Source of the DNA: Verrucomicrobia bacterium Opi.OSU.00C
Lineage (GTDB): Bacteria; Verrucomicrobiota; Verrucomicrobiia; Opitutales; PNEW01
Direction: 5' to 3'
NCBI GenBank assembly: GCA_002922725.1
Contig: PNEW01000003.1
Location: forward strand, 1 to 63,627
DNA length: 63,627 bases
Part shown: piece by piece, positions 1 to 11,180 of the stretch
How the letters are laid out: every line of letters begins with the position of its first letter
Position numbering within the stretch: the stretch's first letter is position 1
Position numbers and translations under genes: made by a program
Notes under the pieces: model-generated
Databases searched by the model: none
The model's input: only the letters and a program-made list of their open reading frames with translations
What the model was told of the DNA's origin: nothing

Positions 1-587
1 CAGGTTTAAGAGAAATCGCAAAGATCCTCGAAGGTGATATACGGATCACGCCCAACCAAAATTTGATTATCGGAAATATTACAGATGAGAGTCGGCCGAT
101 AATTGAAGACTTACTTAAGAAATATCGAATATTTGAAAGTTACAATCAATCTGGATTAAGACTTAATTCTATGGCTTGTGTGGCTATGCCTACCTGTGGC
201 CTTGCACTTGCAGAGAGTGAACGTCAACTTCCCGATATCATAACAAAACTGGAATTAGCAATAGAGGAATCAGGATTGCGTAACGATGCTATTAGTATTC
301 GCATGACAGGTTGTCCAAATGGATGTGTTCGACCTTATCTTGGTGAGATCGGGTTAGTTGGACGTTCGCCGGGTAAATATAATATTTATCTCGGAGCGAA
401 GATCAATGGGACTAGACTCAATAAATTATTCAGGAAAGCAGATAGTGTTGATGAAATAATAGAGAAACTATCACCGATAATTAGAAGTTATTCGACAGAA
501 AGGGAATCAGGAGAAGAATTCGGTGATTTTGTAATCCGCAAGAAGTATGTTAAAGCAACACTTGCCGGTCGTGAATTCCATGATTAA
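1..587 (+). CDS. cysI: Assimilatory sulfite reductase hemoprotein (CysI/Sir family), C-terminal part; 5' end cut by window edge
   Basis: Frame 3 is open from the window edge (GLREIAKILEGDIRITPNQNLIIGNI...). Cys-cluster motifs MACVAMPTCGLA and MTGCPNGCVRPY are typical of the siroheme/4Fe-4S site in nitrite/sulfite reductase hemoproteins. Confidence 0.8.
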   Translation, partial: GLREIAKILEGDIRITPNQNLIIGNITDESRPIIEDLLKKYRIFESYNQSGLRLNSMACVAMPTCGLALAESERQLPDIITKLELAIEESGLRNDAISIRMTGCPNGCVRPYLGEIGLVGRSPGKYNIYLGAKINGTRLNKLFRKADSVDEIIEKLSPIIRSYSTERESGEEFGDFVIRKKYVKATLAGREFHD

Positions 588-843
588 TACCGATAACCAA
601 TTCCTGGGATGAAAATATTATGGCTTCCAAATGAGTACAATGCCACAATGTAAATATACGATATAGATTTTGTTCAATTTGGATTTATTAACTCATGTAC
701 AATCAAGATGTAAAATACCGCGATTTAGCTAAAGCGGCTTAAATTTGGTAATTTTATCATAAAGCCTTAAGGGTTTAGGCGTTATGTTATTCCTCGCAAT
801 GACAATAAATAGAGGGCAAAATAGTTGACGAAGACTATAACTT

Positions 844-1269
844 TTATTCTAAAATACTAATTCTCCTGATATGTCTGCCACCATCGAAAGGGACATCCAA
901 CCATTCGTTAACAATTTTAAGGGCGGTTTCTTCAGAGACCATACGTTGGCCTATAGATAGCATATTTGCATCATTGTGGGCACGGCTTAGATTGGCTGTT
1001 ACTATATTCCAGCAGAGTGCACAACGAACACCTTTGACTTTATTTGCACACATTGCTTCACCATTGCCTGATCCGCCTAGGACAATACCGCGTTCACATT
1101 CCCCACTAGCAACAGATTCAGCTGCAGGTCTAATAAAAAGGGGGTAATCGACCGATTTATTGCTATTAGTTCCAAAGTCTTTTACGGTGTAACCTTTATT
1201 AATCAACATTTCCTTGATAGCTTCTTTATACTCAAAACCAGCGTGATCTGTTCCCAAAGAGATATTCAC
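844..1269 (-). CDS. rpiB: Ribose-5-phosphate isomerase B (RpiB/LacAB family)
   Basis: 141 aa. LGTDHAGFEYK near the N-terminus and GGSGNGEAMCANK match the RpiB family pattern and length. Confidence 0.9.
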   Translation of the reverse strand: MNISLGTDHAGFEYKEAIKEMLINKGYTVKDFGTNSNKSVDYPLFIRPAAESVASGECERGIVLGGSGNGEAMCANKVKGVRCALCWNIVTANLSRAHNDANMLSIGQRMVSEETALKIVNEWLDVPFDGGRHIRRISILE

Positions 1270-1464
1270 AATATGAAAATTAGATGAGAATCACATAGAA
1301 AGCAAATTCTTTAAGAAAAAATAATATGGTAGAGTAAACCATGTTTTTATCATTGATACAATTGACATATTGGAATTGAAAGAAGTTGGAAGAAATAGTT
1401 TGTTTCAACACTCGCTCTTCATAAAAGTTTTTAAAATTAAATATTCCCCCATCCATTTATACAT

Positions 1465-2622
1465 GTGAAAATTATTCACCGTTATATTTTTCGGTCTGTA
1501 TTATTTTCAAGTCTTGCGGCGGTAGGCCTCTTTGTGTTTTTACTTCTTGCGGGAAATATTTTAAAGGATATCATTGGTTTATTGATGACCGGACGATTAA
1601 ACCTGCAGATGTTTCTGCAATTAATGTTATTGCTCATCCCTTATGTTATTTCCTATGCGTTGCCTTTAGGGATTTTGACAGGTTTATTGATGGCTTTAGG
1701 TCGTCTTTCGGCCCATCAGGAAGTTGTCGCATTAAAGTCAGTTGGGGTTTCTATTTTTCATATAGCAACTCCAGTGATAACTATTGCACTGCTTGGAGTA
1801 GGATTATCAGCTTTGATTAATTGTTATTACGCGCCTGAGGCAAAAATGCGTTATCGCAATGTACTCGCTAATACTGTACGTCAGTCACCTTTGAGTTTTG
1901 TTGCTCCTAAAACTTTTATTCATGAGTTCACCGGTTATGTGCTGTACGTGGGGGAAAAAAGTGGAAATACTTTAAAGGATTTTTGGATTTGGGAACTTGA
2001 TAATAATTATAATGCAATAAAACTATTACGAGCCAAAGAAGGAAAATTTAATTATGACGCAAAAGGTGATGCGCTAGTTCTCACACTGGTTGAAGGATTT
2101 TCAGAAATGCGCAGTGCGAGAAATCCTAATGACTTGCAGAGTATTAGACCGACTGTTTCGTTTCGCGAAGCTCGGTTGAGGTTGCCACTCGACCGTCTAC
2201 TTGGAAGTAAGAGTAAATACGTCAGTCTTTCCATCTTAAATATTAATCAATTGCTTGATCGTAAAGAGATGTTGGCGCAAAAAATATCACAACTTGAAAA
2301 AGATGCTGATCTGGGAGAACGTAAAATAAAGATTGCTGAAAAAATAAAAGTACAGATGCAGATTCAGAAAAATCTTGCGATGGCATTTTCGGTTCTTTCC
2401 CTGACTTTAATTGGTATACCACTAGGTATCAAAGTTAGTCGAAAAGAGACTTATGCAAACCTCGGTCTGGCACTAACACTTGCCATGGGTTACTATTTTC
2501 TCATTATTATTGTCGGTTGGTTGGAGAAGGCACCTCAGTTGCGGCCGGATATTATTATATGGATACCAAATCTTGTCTTTCAATCAATTGGGATTTGGTT
2601 GATTTTCCGTGCTAACAAGTGA
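1465..2622 (+). CDS. LPS export ABC permease, LptF/LptG (YjgP/YjgQ) family
   Basis: 385 aa. N-terminus IIHRYIFRSVLFSS, hydrophobic helices at both ends and a large central soluble loop give the typical YjgP/YjgQ layout. Confidence 0.8.
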   Translation: MKIIHRYIFRSVLFSSLAAVGLFVFLLLAGNILKDIIGLLMTGRLNLQMFLQLMLLLIPYVISYALPLGILTGLLMALGRLSAHQEVVALKSVGVSIFHIATPVITIALLGVGLSALINCYYAPEAKMRYRNVLANTVRQSPLSFVAPKTFIHEFTGYVLYVGEKSGNTLKDFWIWELDNNYNAIKLLRAKEGKFNYDAKGDALVLTLVEGFSEMRSARNPNDLQSIRPTVSFREARLRLPLDRLLGSKSKYVSLSILNINQLLDRKEMLAQKISQLEKDADLGERKIKIAEKIKVQMQIQKNLAMAFSVLSLTLIGIPLGIKVSRKETYANLGLALTLAMGYYFLIIIVGWLEKAPQLRPDIIIWIPNLVFQSIGIWLIFRANK

Positions 2623-2635
2623 GCAGAGCTTACCT

Positions 2636-2881
2636 TTAATTGTCATTTTCAGGTTCGAAGGGTTCGATCTCAAATTTATTTTTATTTTTTTTTAATTTAT
2701 CGATTTTTAATTCAGCATCCTTTAGCCGCTTTTGACAGGCGTTAAGGAGGATATTCCCCTCTTCGAATTTAGAGACTAATTCAGCGAGGGGAATATCCCC
2801 GTTTTCCATTGATTTAACAATCATTTCTAGACGTTCAAGGGATTCTTCAAAATCTGGGTTATTCGAAGTTTTTGTACTCAT
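2636..2881 (-). CDS. xseB: Exodeoxyribonuclease VII small subunit
   Basis: 81 aa. FEESLERLEMIVKSMENGDIPLAELVSKFEEGNILLNACQKRLKDAELKI is the XseB helical-hairpin pattern. Confidence 0.85.
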   Translation of the reverse strand: MSTKTSNNPDFEESLERLEMIVKSMENGDIPLAELVSKFEEGNILLNACQKRLKDAELKIDKLKKNKNKFEIEPFEPENDN

Positions 2882-3089
2882 AATAATATATGAAGATGTT
2901 AATAGTAAGAAAATGTAGATTTAGGTTTAAATATTTCAGCTAAAATGACAAAAATTACAATTGAACTCTCTATTAAGAATATTGATTGCTGACGCCTAGG
3001 ATTAATAATTTGATCTATTATGCTTCTTTTTAAAATAAAAATTTTGTTTTGCGTGGCAAGCTAATGAAAGCTTTATTTAAGTTATATTT

Positions 3090-4349
3090 ATGTACAGTGT
3101 TTTAACGATTTTTATTACCCTGTTAGTACTCAGGGTTGTTACTGAATTGTGGCTCAATGGGCTCAATCGAAAAGAAGTATTAAATAATGCAGACGCAGTA
3201 CCTGATGCATTTCGTGAATTTATTGACCCTTCAACTTATAATAAGTCTGTTGCTTACACGTTAGCAAAGAACCAATTTAATAAAATAGGAACGGTTTATG
3301 ATGCTACAATTCTTGCGCTCGTTATATTAAGTGGGTTTTTACCATGGGTTTATGAAGGGCTGGCTGACCATCTAGGGCATTCGATTTGGGCACAATCTAT
3401 AATTCTAATTATTATTGGTTTCATTTTTGGAATTCCCTCTCTTCCTCTTGAATGGTGGGATCAATTTCGGCTCGAAGAACGATTTGGTTTTAATAAAAGT
3501 AATTTCCAACTTTGGGTGATGGATAAAGTAAAGGGTTTAGTCATCAGTTTTGCCATTGGTTACCCTATGCTTTGTGTCCTCCTCTGGGTGGTTCACCTTC
3601 CCCATTGGTGGATATGGGCTTTCATAATTTCTTTCTGTTTTCAACTGTTGATGATGATTATTTATCCCATGTTTATTATGCCTTTATTCAACAAATTTGA
3701 ACCTTTACCTGAAGGTGACTTACGAGACCGACTCATGACCCTTGCCGAATGTACTGGATTTAAGGCTAAAACGATTTTGGTTATGGATGGAAGTAAACGG
3801 TCTGCTCATTCGAATGCTTTTTTTACGGGATTTGGTAAAATACGACGCATTGTTTTATATGATACATTAATGGAGCAATTGAAACCAGAAGAACTTGAAG
3901 CTGTTTTAGCACACGAAATCGGTCATTATAAATTAGGACATATCCCTAAAATGATATTTATTTCAGGTTTAATGATGTTAGTTGGATTCTGGGTACTTGC
4001 CAAGCTGGCCGCTAGCAATTGGTTTTACATTGGATTTTCATTTTCACCTGGAAGTGATAAAGCGGTTGCATTTTTACTTTTTTCTCTCATTAGCGGTCTT
4101 TTTACTTTTTGGTTGTCACCTTTGTTTAACTTAAGTTCCCGTAAACATGAATTTGAAGCTGATAGATTTTCAAGTAATGCATTAAAAAGTTATAAACCCT
4201 TGGTTTATTCATTGAGAAAGCTATCGGAAAAAAATCTAAGCAACCTTACTCCGCATCCTTTATACAGTCGTTTCCATTACTCCCACCCGACACTCATAGA
4301 GAGGGAGAACGCTTTGGCTAAATCAAGACCTTATGAGGTTCGGGCATAA
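3090..4349 (+). CDS. M48 family zinc metalloprotease (Ste24/HtpX-like, CAAX-protease type)
   Basis: 419 aa with multiple TM helices, zinc motif HEIGHYKLGH and a downstream EFEADRF glutamate motif. Confidence 0.85.
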   Translation: MYSVLTIFITLLVLRVVTELWLNGLNRKEVLNNADAVPDAFREFIDPSTYNKSVAYTLAKNQFNKIGTVYDATILALVILSGFLPWVYEGLADHLGHSIWAQSIILIIIGFIFGIPSLPLEWWDQFRLEERFGFNKSNFQLWVMDKVKGLVISFAIGYPMLCVLLWVVHLPHWWIWAFIISFCFQLLMMIIYPMFIMPLFNKFEPLPEGDLRDRLMTLAECTGFKAKTILVMDGSKRSAHSNAFFTGFGKIRRIVLYDTLMEQLKPEELEAVLAHEIGHYKLGHIPKMIFISGLMMLVGFWVLAKLAASNWFYIGFSFSPGSDKAVAFLLFSLISGLFTFWLSPLFNLSSRKHEFEADRFSSNALKSYKPLVYSLRKLSEKNLSNLTPHPLYSRFHYSHPTLIERENALAKSRPYEVRA

Positions 4350-4558
4350 TCTTTGATTATATTTCAAAAAGCTGCTTATTGGTGTGCCTATATATCATTT
4401 ATTGTAAGAAAATAATTGCTAATGCCTCGGCTACGTATTCGTTTCATCAGTAATGGTTCCCTTTATTGAGAAAAGTAATCAATTAATTGGGTAGAACTTA
4501 TTCACGGTAATCGATTTGCGCATGTTAATATCCACTACATTGAGAGAGTATTTACATT

Positions 4559-5519
4559 TTAAGTTGGGGTGTGTGGTGGTCTACTCTTCCTGATTTTTCC
4601 ATATATATGCCTTAATGTAGCCTCGTCAGTAGCAGATAATGGTGTGCTGAACGCAGAATCAACATTAGCTTTCAAGTGATCGGAATTTGATGTACCTGTG
4701 ATAATAACGTGAATTTTTTTCTGATGAGCCACAAATTTGATGCCACTGTCTGCTAAGACTGCTGTACCCTGTTTAATCCAATGAAATATCGGGTCACTCT
4801 TAGATAATGCTTCTGATCCCAATACCCCTTCATTTTTGTAAGCATAAATCCATTTGATCAAGTCATGAGGATGACAGAATGGTTTTCTCACAGGTGACAT
4901 ACATAAAAGTCCGGGATCATGTTTTGAACATTTAGGAAAAATATTACGTTCAGGGCCCTGGGTACACATGTTATAGCGAAACATAAATACATCAAATAAA
5001 TCTGTCTCTATTGCCTGTGATATTGTCGATTGATCGAGATCAGACCACATATGTTCGCTGACCCCAAGATATTGTATCATCCCCGTGTCTTTTAAATTAA
5101 GGAAATAAGGATAAAGTCTATCGATAGCTTCATTGTAGTGACGCGGTTTAAGTCCATGGAGCAAGACGATATCGAGCCTATCTTTATTAAGCAGTTTTAA
5201 ACTACGTTCAACTGAAGAAACCATTGTCTTAGGTATTTTAAGGAGCTCTTTATCTTCATTAATCTGGATTTTCGTACAAATAATACTAGAATCTATCACC
5301 TTTGCTTGTTTTAGTGCGCGTCCTAAAATAGCTTCTGTGTTTCCATAAGCAGGAGAAGTATCAAAAAAATTTATACCTAAGTCCAATGCACGATAAATAA
5401 TTTTACAGGCTTGGGTTTCCGACATTCCAAGTTTTTGCCCCAATTGGGAGTCACCCCCCTGTTCCTAGACCAACACGTGAAACCTTTAGAGCAGTCTTTC
5501 CTAAACGAATGAATTTCAT
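4559..5519 (-). pseudogene. Aldo/keto reductase interrupted by a +1 frame break in a G6 run (C6 on + strand, 5454..5459)
   Basis: The ATG at 5519 gives MKFIRLGKTALKVSRVGLGTGG, then TGA. Removing one G of the run joins it in frame to the 4559..5443 ORF (GDSQLGQKLGMSETQACKIIYRALDLGINFFDTSPAYG...), giving a normal AKR N-terminus. Confidence 0.75.
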
Positions 5520-5578
5520 TTTATCTAATTATGGTTTGAGTAAATGTTCTTTGGATTAAATAGACAGGTAAAAATATC

Positions 5579-6625
5579 TTACAAAAGTTGTTTACTATTA
5601 TTACCCCACTTTACCCCTAATCCTGGTTTATCAAATGGACTAAGATAACCGTTGTTGAGTTCAGGCATACCCTCTACTGCAGAATCACTTTTAATTCCAC
5701 TGGTACCTATCTCGGCTAATGGACATTGCATTGCTGCAACAAGATGAAGGCCCCATGCTTCTCCTCCACGGTGTGGAATAACAGTAATATTATTTTTATT
5801 TGCTAAGGTACATATCTTTTTTGCTTCTGTAATACCGCCACACCAGGATACATCGGGTTGTATAATATGAGCAGCCTTCCTATCTATTAGTTCCTGGAAT
5901 CCATATTTAGTGAATTCGTGCTCGCCAGTTGCAATCTGTGTTGAACTTACTTCTTTTGTCAATCGCATGTATCCTTTGTAATCGTCTGCAAGAAGGGGTT
6001 CTTCAATCCATCTCAAGTTGTAAGGTGCTAATTGTAATGACATTTCAAGTGTATAGTCGACATTCCATCCCATCCAACAATCGAGCATTAGATCTGAATC
6101 ATTTCCAATGTGATCACGGGCTTTTGCGACCCGCTCTATATTGCGATGCATCCCTTCAGGCCCATCCTCAGGTCCTGCTACTTTCGAGATTTTAAAAGCT
6201 CGAAAACCGGAGTCTATATTAACGCTTAAATTCTCACCAGTTGCATAAGCAAGAATCGGAGTATTATCATTACTACCGAGACATTGATATAAGGGTGCTT
6301 TTTTGATTTTACCAATTAAATCCCAAAGTGCGATATCGACTCCACTGATAGCCATAATGGCAACCCCTTTACGTCCATAGGCTATGGTTTCCCAGAACAT
6401 CTCTTCCCACAATTGTTCAATATCAAATGGGTCGCGTCCAACAAGAATTTTAGGGAACGCGTATTTGATGATTTCAATAGCTGCAAATCCACCACCACCA
6501 GCTCCTATTCCTATAAGACCTTCATCAGTATGTATTTCTACACCAAAATTCCAAAACTTATCTCTCCATCCTCCTGGGTTTGGATGGTAGTTGGGGTAAA
6601 ATGGTAAGACCTTAGTAATTTTCAT
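5579..6625 (-). CDS. Enolase-superfamily enzyme (mandelate racemase/muconate lactonizing family; probable acid-sugar dehydratase)
   Basis: 348 aa. LMLDCWMGW ... LRWIEEPLLADDYKGY ... IATGEHE ... IIQPDVSWCGGITE match the MR/MLE metal-ligand and barrel motifs. Confidence 0.8.
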   Translation of the reverse strand: MKITKVLPFYPNYHPNPGGWRDKFWNFGVEIHTDEGLIGIGAGGGGFAAIEIIKYAFPKILVGRDPFDIEQLWEEMFWETIAYGRKGVAIMAISGVDIALWDLIGKIKKAPLYQCLGSNDNTPILAYATGENLSVNIDSGFRAFKISKVAGPEDGPEGMHRNIERVAKARDHIGNDSDLMLDCWMGWNVDYTLEMSLQLAPYNLRWIEEPLLADDYKGYMRLTKEVSSTQIATGEHEFTKYGFQELIDRKAAHIIQPDVSWCGGITEAKKICTLANKNNITVIPHRGGEAWGLHLVAAMQCPLAEIGTSGIKSDSAVEGMPELNNGYLSPFDKPGLGVKWGNNSKQLL

Positions 6626-6699
6626 CAGGCCTCAATCAAGAAATCACTAGATCAATTTTCTTTTGATGAGATTGGATTTATCTAAGAAAAACCATCTAA

Positions 6700-7596
6700 T
6701 TAGTGAACTTGGAGTGGAACCTGTACGGTACCAAAACCGGCAGCCTTCATATATAGAGTCCCTTTACCAGGGGTTCCACCTTCTACTTTAACAGTGACCT
6801 GTTTCATGCCACCGGGAATGATGACTTCATCCATGATTATACTATCCGGAACATCCGTTGTTACATCAATATAAAGACCACTTTCCGGTGCTTCACTGTA
6901 TAGTTGAAAGATTAAAATATCACGTTGACCAGAAGCTAAATTGACTAATCCAGGGATGACATTAAAACTTGCAGAGTCTATATAGAAATCACCAATAGAT
7001 AAATCTCCTTGATCAGTACGTAGCGCAATTTGGTAATTATTTCTAGGAGACAAATTAGGAACCGAAAACCCAATTGAAAATGGCGAATAAAATTCAGTGT
7101 CAATCTCTCTTTTATTAAATACAATAATATCAGTTTGAGAAAAACCACGTCCAATAATACCAACTTTTGAACCTACGGGGCCACGTTTGCTTTCGAGTTC
7201 TACAACATAGCGATTGATGAGTTGGGTCTCAAAAATAGAGCTCGAATATTCCCTGTATTGATATTCATCTCCAGTACCAAATTTATAATCAACCTTGTAA
7301 TAATAAAATGCTGTATTTTGTCCAATAGGTAATTTGTAGTCATATGTGTAATGATTAGCACCATCTCCCGCCTGTGCCATCGGTAGAACTTCACCATTTA
7401 TCACGAGGTTAACTTTATGTGTATCAAAAATCAATTCGCTTTGATTTATTTTTGCTTTACAAGAGAAGGTATAAATATTTGAGGGATTAGTTGGTATTTT
7501 AAGCGGAGTCAAGTTTTGGACTGTAACACCACATCCCACAAAAATAATGCTGACCAAAGTTGTTATTAAGCAAAGAAGTATTTTTTTTGTTTTCAT
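6700..7596 (-). CDS. Lipoprotein of unknown function with IPT/TIG-like beta-sandwich region
   Basis: The internal start MKTKKILLCLITTLVSIIFVGCG is a signal peptide plus lipobox, so I prefer the start at 7596 over the ORF-track 7641. GPVGSKVGIIGRGFSQTDIIVFN resembles IPT/TIG repeats. Confidence 0.6.
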   Translation of the reverse strand: MKTKKILLCLITTLVSIIFVGCGVTVQNLTPLKIPTNPSNIYTFSCKAKINQSELIFDTHKVNLVINGEVLPMAQAGDGANHYTYDYKLPIGQNTAFYYYKVDYKFGTGDEYQYREYSSSIFETQLINRYVVELESKRGPVGSKVGIIGRGFSQTDIIVFNKREIDTEFYSPFSIGFSVPNLSPRNNYQIALRTDQGDLSIGDFYIDSASFNVIPGLVNLASGQRDILIFQLYSEAPESGLYIDVTTDVPDSIIMDEVIIPGGMKQVTVKVEGGTPGKGTLYMKAAGFGTVQVPLQVH

Positions 7597-7629
7597 AGTT
7601 TTATTTTCAAGTAACATTAGTAACCCATT

Positions 7630-8796
7630 ATGATTCTGCAAGAAAAAGCTGATGAGGTATTACCACTAGGAATTTATTTCCACGTACCCTTTTGCTCCTC
7701 CATTTGTGATTTCTGTTCATTTTATCAGAAAGTACCGCGACGAGATGAAATTAAACGTTATTTAAATGGGATGAAATTAGAGTTAAAAAGTCGATCTCTT
7801 AATCGTTTTGTTGATACTGTTTTTTGGGGTGGAGGTACCCCTGGTCTACTGACGGTGCAAGATCTTGAATTACTTGGACGTTTAATGTTAGAAAAGTTAA
7901 CGCGACAACCAGTTGAATGGACGGTAGAATTATCACCATCAACAGTAAAAAAAGAAAAAATGAAAGTCCTTCGTGATCTTGGTGTAACACGAATTTCAAT
8001 GGGGGTAGAAAGTTTTTCTGACCGGCTATTAAAAAACTTAGGCCGTCAACATAGTCAAAGGCAGATATTTCAAGCGATCGATGTAATAAATAATTCCGGA
8101 TTTGAAAATATAAATCTTGATCTCATTTTTTCTATCCCAGGTCAGTCGATTGATGATTGGTTATCAGACCTTAAACAAGCTATTCATATTTCACCTCAAC
8201 ATATTTCAACCTACTGTTTAACATATGAAGAAGATACTGCGCTTTTTATCCGTCTTTCACATGGTGAGATTTTCAGAAAACTTAAAAAAGAAGACGCATT
8301 CATTTACGAAATCACAAGAAAAACACTTGAAGATGCTAATTACAAGCAATACGAGATATCGAACTACGCAGTTAATGGATACGAATGTCTACATAATAAA
8401 AACACCTGGCATCTATACGATTGGTTAGGATTTGGACCCTCAGCAGCCACTCAATTTAATGGGCGACGTTTTGCTAATGTTGCATCACTTGAACAGTGGG
8501 TTGAGGGGTTAGAAAAAGGTCATCCGATTATTACTGATGACATACAACTGGATACAGAAATATTAGCAGCTGATTGCCTTATCTTCGGCTTACGTATGAA
8601 TAAGGGCGTTCAGCTAAAGAGGTTACAACGTCGATTCCCTGAATTTAATTTTAGTAGGCTTCAACCTTTATGGAAGCAATTAAGTAATGATAAATATCTT
8701 GAAATGACAGATGATAAAAATCTTTGTTTGACGGCACGAGGTCGACTTGTGGCAGATAGTATTGGAGTAGAAATCCTTGAGATATTTGATGCCTGA
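7630..8796 (+). CDS. hemW: Radical SAM heme chaperone / oxygen-independent coproporphyrinogen oxidase-like protein (HemW/HemN family)
   Basis: 388 aa. Radical-SAM cluster motif YFHVPFCSSICDFCSFY, GGGTPG motif and an HemN_C-like tail. Confidence 0.85.
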   Translation: MILQEKADEVLPLGIYFHVPFCSSICDFCSFYQKVPRRDEIKRYLNGMKLELKSRSLNRFVDTVFWGGGTPGLLTVQDLELLGRLMLEKLTRQPVEWTVELSPSTVKKEKMKVLRDLGVTRISMGVESFSDRLLKNLGRQHSQRQIFQAIDVINNSGFENINLDLIFSIPGQSIDDWLSDLKQAIHISPQHISTYCLTYEEDTALFIRLSHGEIFRKLKKEDAFIYEITRKTLEDANYKQYEISNYAVNGYECLHNKNTWHLYDWLGFGPSAATQFNGRRFANVASLEQWVEGLEKGHPIITDDIQLDTEILAADCLIFGLRMNKGVQLKRLQRRFPEFNFSRLQPLWKQLSNDKYLEMTDDKNLCLTARGRLVADSIGVEILEIFDA

Positions 8797-8967
8797 TTTC
8801 AGACATCGAACCCATTAATTAAGTAATTATTTATAAATACTAAAAATCAATAAATCTGAAAACTACTCGTAAACTATAAGTTCGGTCAGTAAGTCTAGTA
8901 GCCATTTATTTATTTTTTAAGGTAAGTATTATATATTGATCGATAAATATATTTTTTGGTCGTACAT

Positions 8968-9759
8968 TTAAATTTCGTAGCTTTGATGGCCTTGTTGATC
9001 CATCTCTAAGGCAGGTGAAATTATGCGTGGTTCTCCTACCTTTTTCGCAGGAACTCCGGCTACCGTAGTATGGGCTGGTACATCATCAATTACTACACTA
9101 CCAGCACCAACCCAGGCGCCTTTTCCTACTTCAATGTTTCCAATGATTTTAGCACCTGCACTCAATAGTACTCCAGATCTTATTTTAGGATGGCGGTCAC
9201 CATGATCCTTACCTGTTCCACCAAGTGTTACTTCGTGTAAAATGGACACATTATCCTCAATAATCGTGGTTTCACCTGCAACAAAACTCGTTGCGTGATC
9301 AAGTAAAATCCCAGAACCAATCTGCGCTGCAGGATGAATATCGACTGCAAATTCTTCTGAAATTGTACTTTGGAGATAAAGAGCTAATTCCTTACGTTCT
9401 TTTCCCCAAAGCGAGTGACACATACGATAACCAGTTAATGCAATGAAACCTTTTAAATAAAGTAATGGAGTGAGAAAATGATTGCAGGCTGGGTCGCGTT
9501 CTAGAACTGCTTTAATATCATTTCGTATTTGTTCAATAACGTCTCGATCCTTCATTAATATCTCAAAAAAAATATCTCTAAGTATATATTCTGGCAAAAT
9601 ATGGCGGCTAAGTTTCCTTGCCAACTGATAGCTAATAGCTTCTTCGAGGTTGGCTCGATCAAGTACACACTCTTTTAAAAGATTGGAAAGAGCCGATTCT
9701 TTTTTAGCAACAGCTGCTGCTTCTAGTTGAATGTGTTCCCATATGGTATCTTTACTCAT
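8968..9759 (-). CDS. cysE: Serine O-acetyltransferase
   Basis: 263 aa. SATase N-domain followed by hexapeptide repeats (DIHPAAQIGSGILLDHATSFVAGETTIIEDNVSILHEVTLGGTGK...RHPKI). Confidence 0.9.
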   Translation of the reverse strand: MSKDTIWEHIQLEAAAVAKKESALSNLLKECVLDRANLEEAISYQLARKLSRHILPEYILRDIFFEILMKDRDVIEQIRNDIKAVLERDPACNHFLTPLLYLKGFIALTGYRMCHSLWGKERKELALYLQSTISEEFAVDIHPAAQIGSGILLDHATSFVAGETTIIEDNVSILHEVTLGGTGKDHGDRHPKIRSGVLLSAGAKIIGNIEVGKGAWVGAGSVVIDDVPAHTTVAGVPAKKVGEPRIISPALEMDQQGHQSYEI

Positions 9760-10073
9760 TATTGAAATTATGGCTCCGATTTATAAGTCATTATGAAAAG
9801 TCATTTATCTATTGAAAAATGATGATTCTAATAATAACATCTATGATGTGTGGCCAGTAGGAATTACAAACCTTGAATTGCCATAATATCAATTAAAGTT
9901 ATTATAACTAAAATTATAAAATTTAATATAATTTATTTTAAATCTGGCAATGGCATATATTATTGTAAAGCTTATATCAAATTATTGGGAGTTTTATTAA
10001 TATGAAACTCAGGCTTGTAAAAATAAAAAATTCGATTTCCAATTCTTATAACTAATTTAATTAATATTAATTT

Positions 10074-11000
10074 ATGGAAAATGTTATCATACTCGGCACA
10101 GGATGTGCCGGTCTCACAGCTGCTATTTATTGTGCGCGAGCCAATCTAAAACCACTAGTAATTGAGGGTGTTTTGCCTGGGGGGCAACTTACAACAACAT
10201 CAGAAGTCGAGAATTATCCAGGATTCCCGGAAGGGATTGATGGATATACGATTATGAATCAGATGCGTATACAAGCCGAACGTTTTGGTTCCCGATATAT
10301 AAATGACAATATTAAAAGTGTTGATTTTAGTCGTTCAGTTAAAAAACTTAATTCTGAAAATAATTCCTATAAGTCTAATAGTATAATTATCGCTACGGGT
10401 GCTTCCCCTCGAATGCTTGGTATTCCTGGTGAAAATGAGATGTTTGGTGGTAAAGGGGTAACAACCTGTGCAACTTGTGACGGTGCATTTTATCAAGATA
10501 TGGAAGTATCGGTTGTGGGTGGTGGAGATTCTGCCTGTGAAGAAGCATTATTTCTGACACGGTTTTGTTCTAAAATTTATCTTATTCATCGCCGTGATGA
10601 ATTACGTGCATCGAAAATCATGGTTGATCGCACTTTAGCTCATAAAAAAATATTCCCAATTTGGGATTCACAGGTAGAAGCGGTGCTCCCTGATAATGAA
10701 GGTAACGTTCGCGGAATACAATTATTGAGTAAAAAAACGGGCAAGATGAGTGAAGTTTTGTGTAAAGGTGTTTTTATTGCGATAGGTCATATTCCCAATA
10801 CAAAACCTTTTCATAATAGTCTTACTCTGGATGAAGCAGGTTATATTGTTCCAAAAGCTGGCAGTCAGGTAAAAACACATATACCAGGTATCTATGTTGC
10901 AGGAGATTGTAGCGATCATATCTATCGGCAAGCTATTACTGCTGCCGGTATGGGTTGTCAGGCAGCTATCGAGACAGAACGATGGCTTGCTCAACAATAG
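10074..11000 (+). CDS. trxB: Thioredoxin-disulfide reductase
   Basis: 308 aa. [15 protein letters not shown] motif, redox-active CATCDG, NADPH motif [12 protein letters not shown]. Confidence 0.92.
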   Translation: MENVIILGTGCAGLTAAIYCARANLKPLVIEGVLPGGQLTTTSEVENYPGFPEGIDGYTIMNQMRIQAERFGSRYINDNIKSVDFSRSVKKLNSENNSYKSNSIIIATGASPRMLGIPGENEMFGGKGVTTCATCDGAFYQDMEVSVVGGGDSACEEALFLTRFCSKIYLIHRRDELRASKIMVDRTLAHKKIFPIWDSQVEAVLPDNEGNVRGIQLLSKKTGKMSEVLCKGVFIAIGHIPNTKPFHNSLTLDEAGYIVPKAGSQVKTHIPGIYVAGDCSDHIYRQAITAAGMGCQAAIETERWLAQQ

Positions 11001-11180
11001 ATCTGCAATAATGGCCTATCCAAGATTATGTTAAATATTTCTAATACTAATATATCAAATTATTCGGTAAAAGTGGCTTCGATAATTTTGAAGAAAAAGG
11101 CCGAGATATTTGAGTCATATCCAATATAAATAAAGAAAGTTTGTTAAAAAATTAAAAGATAAAAATATATTATCGTAACA

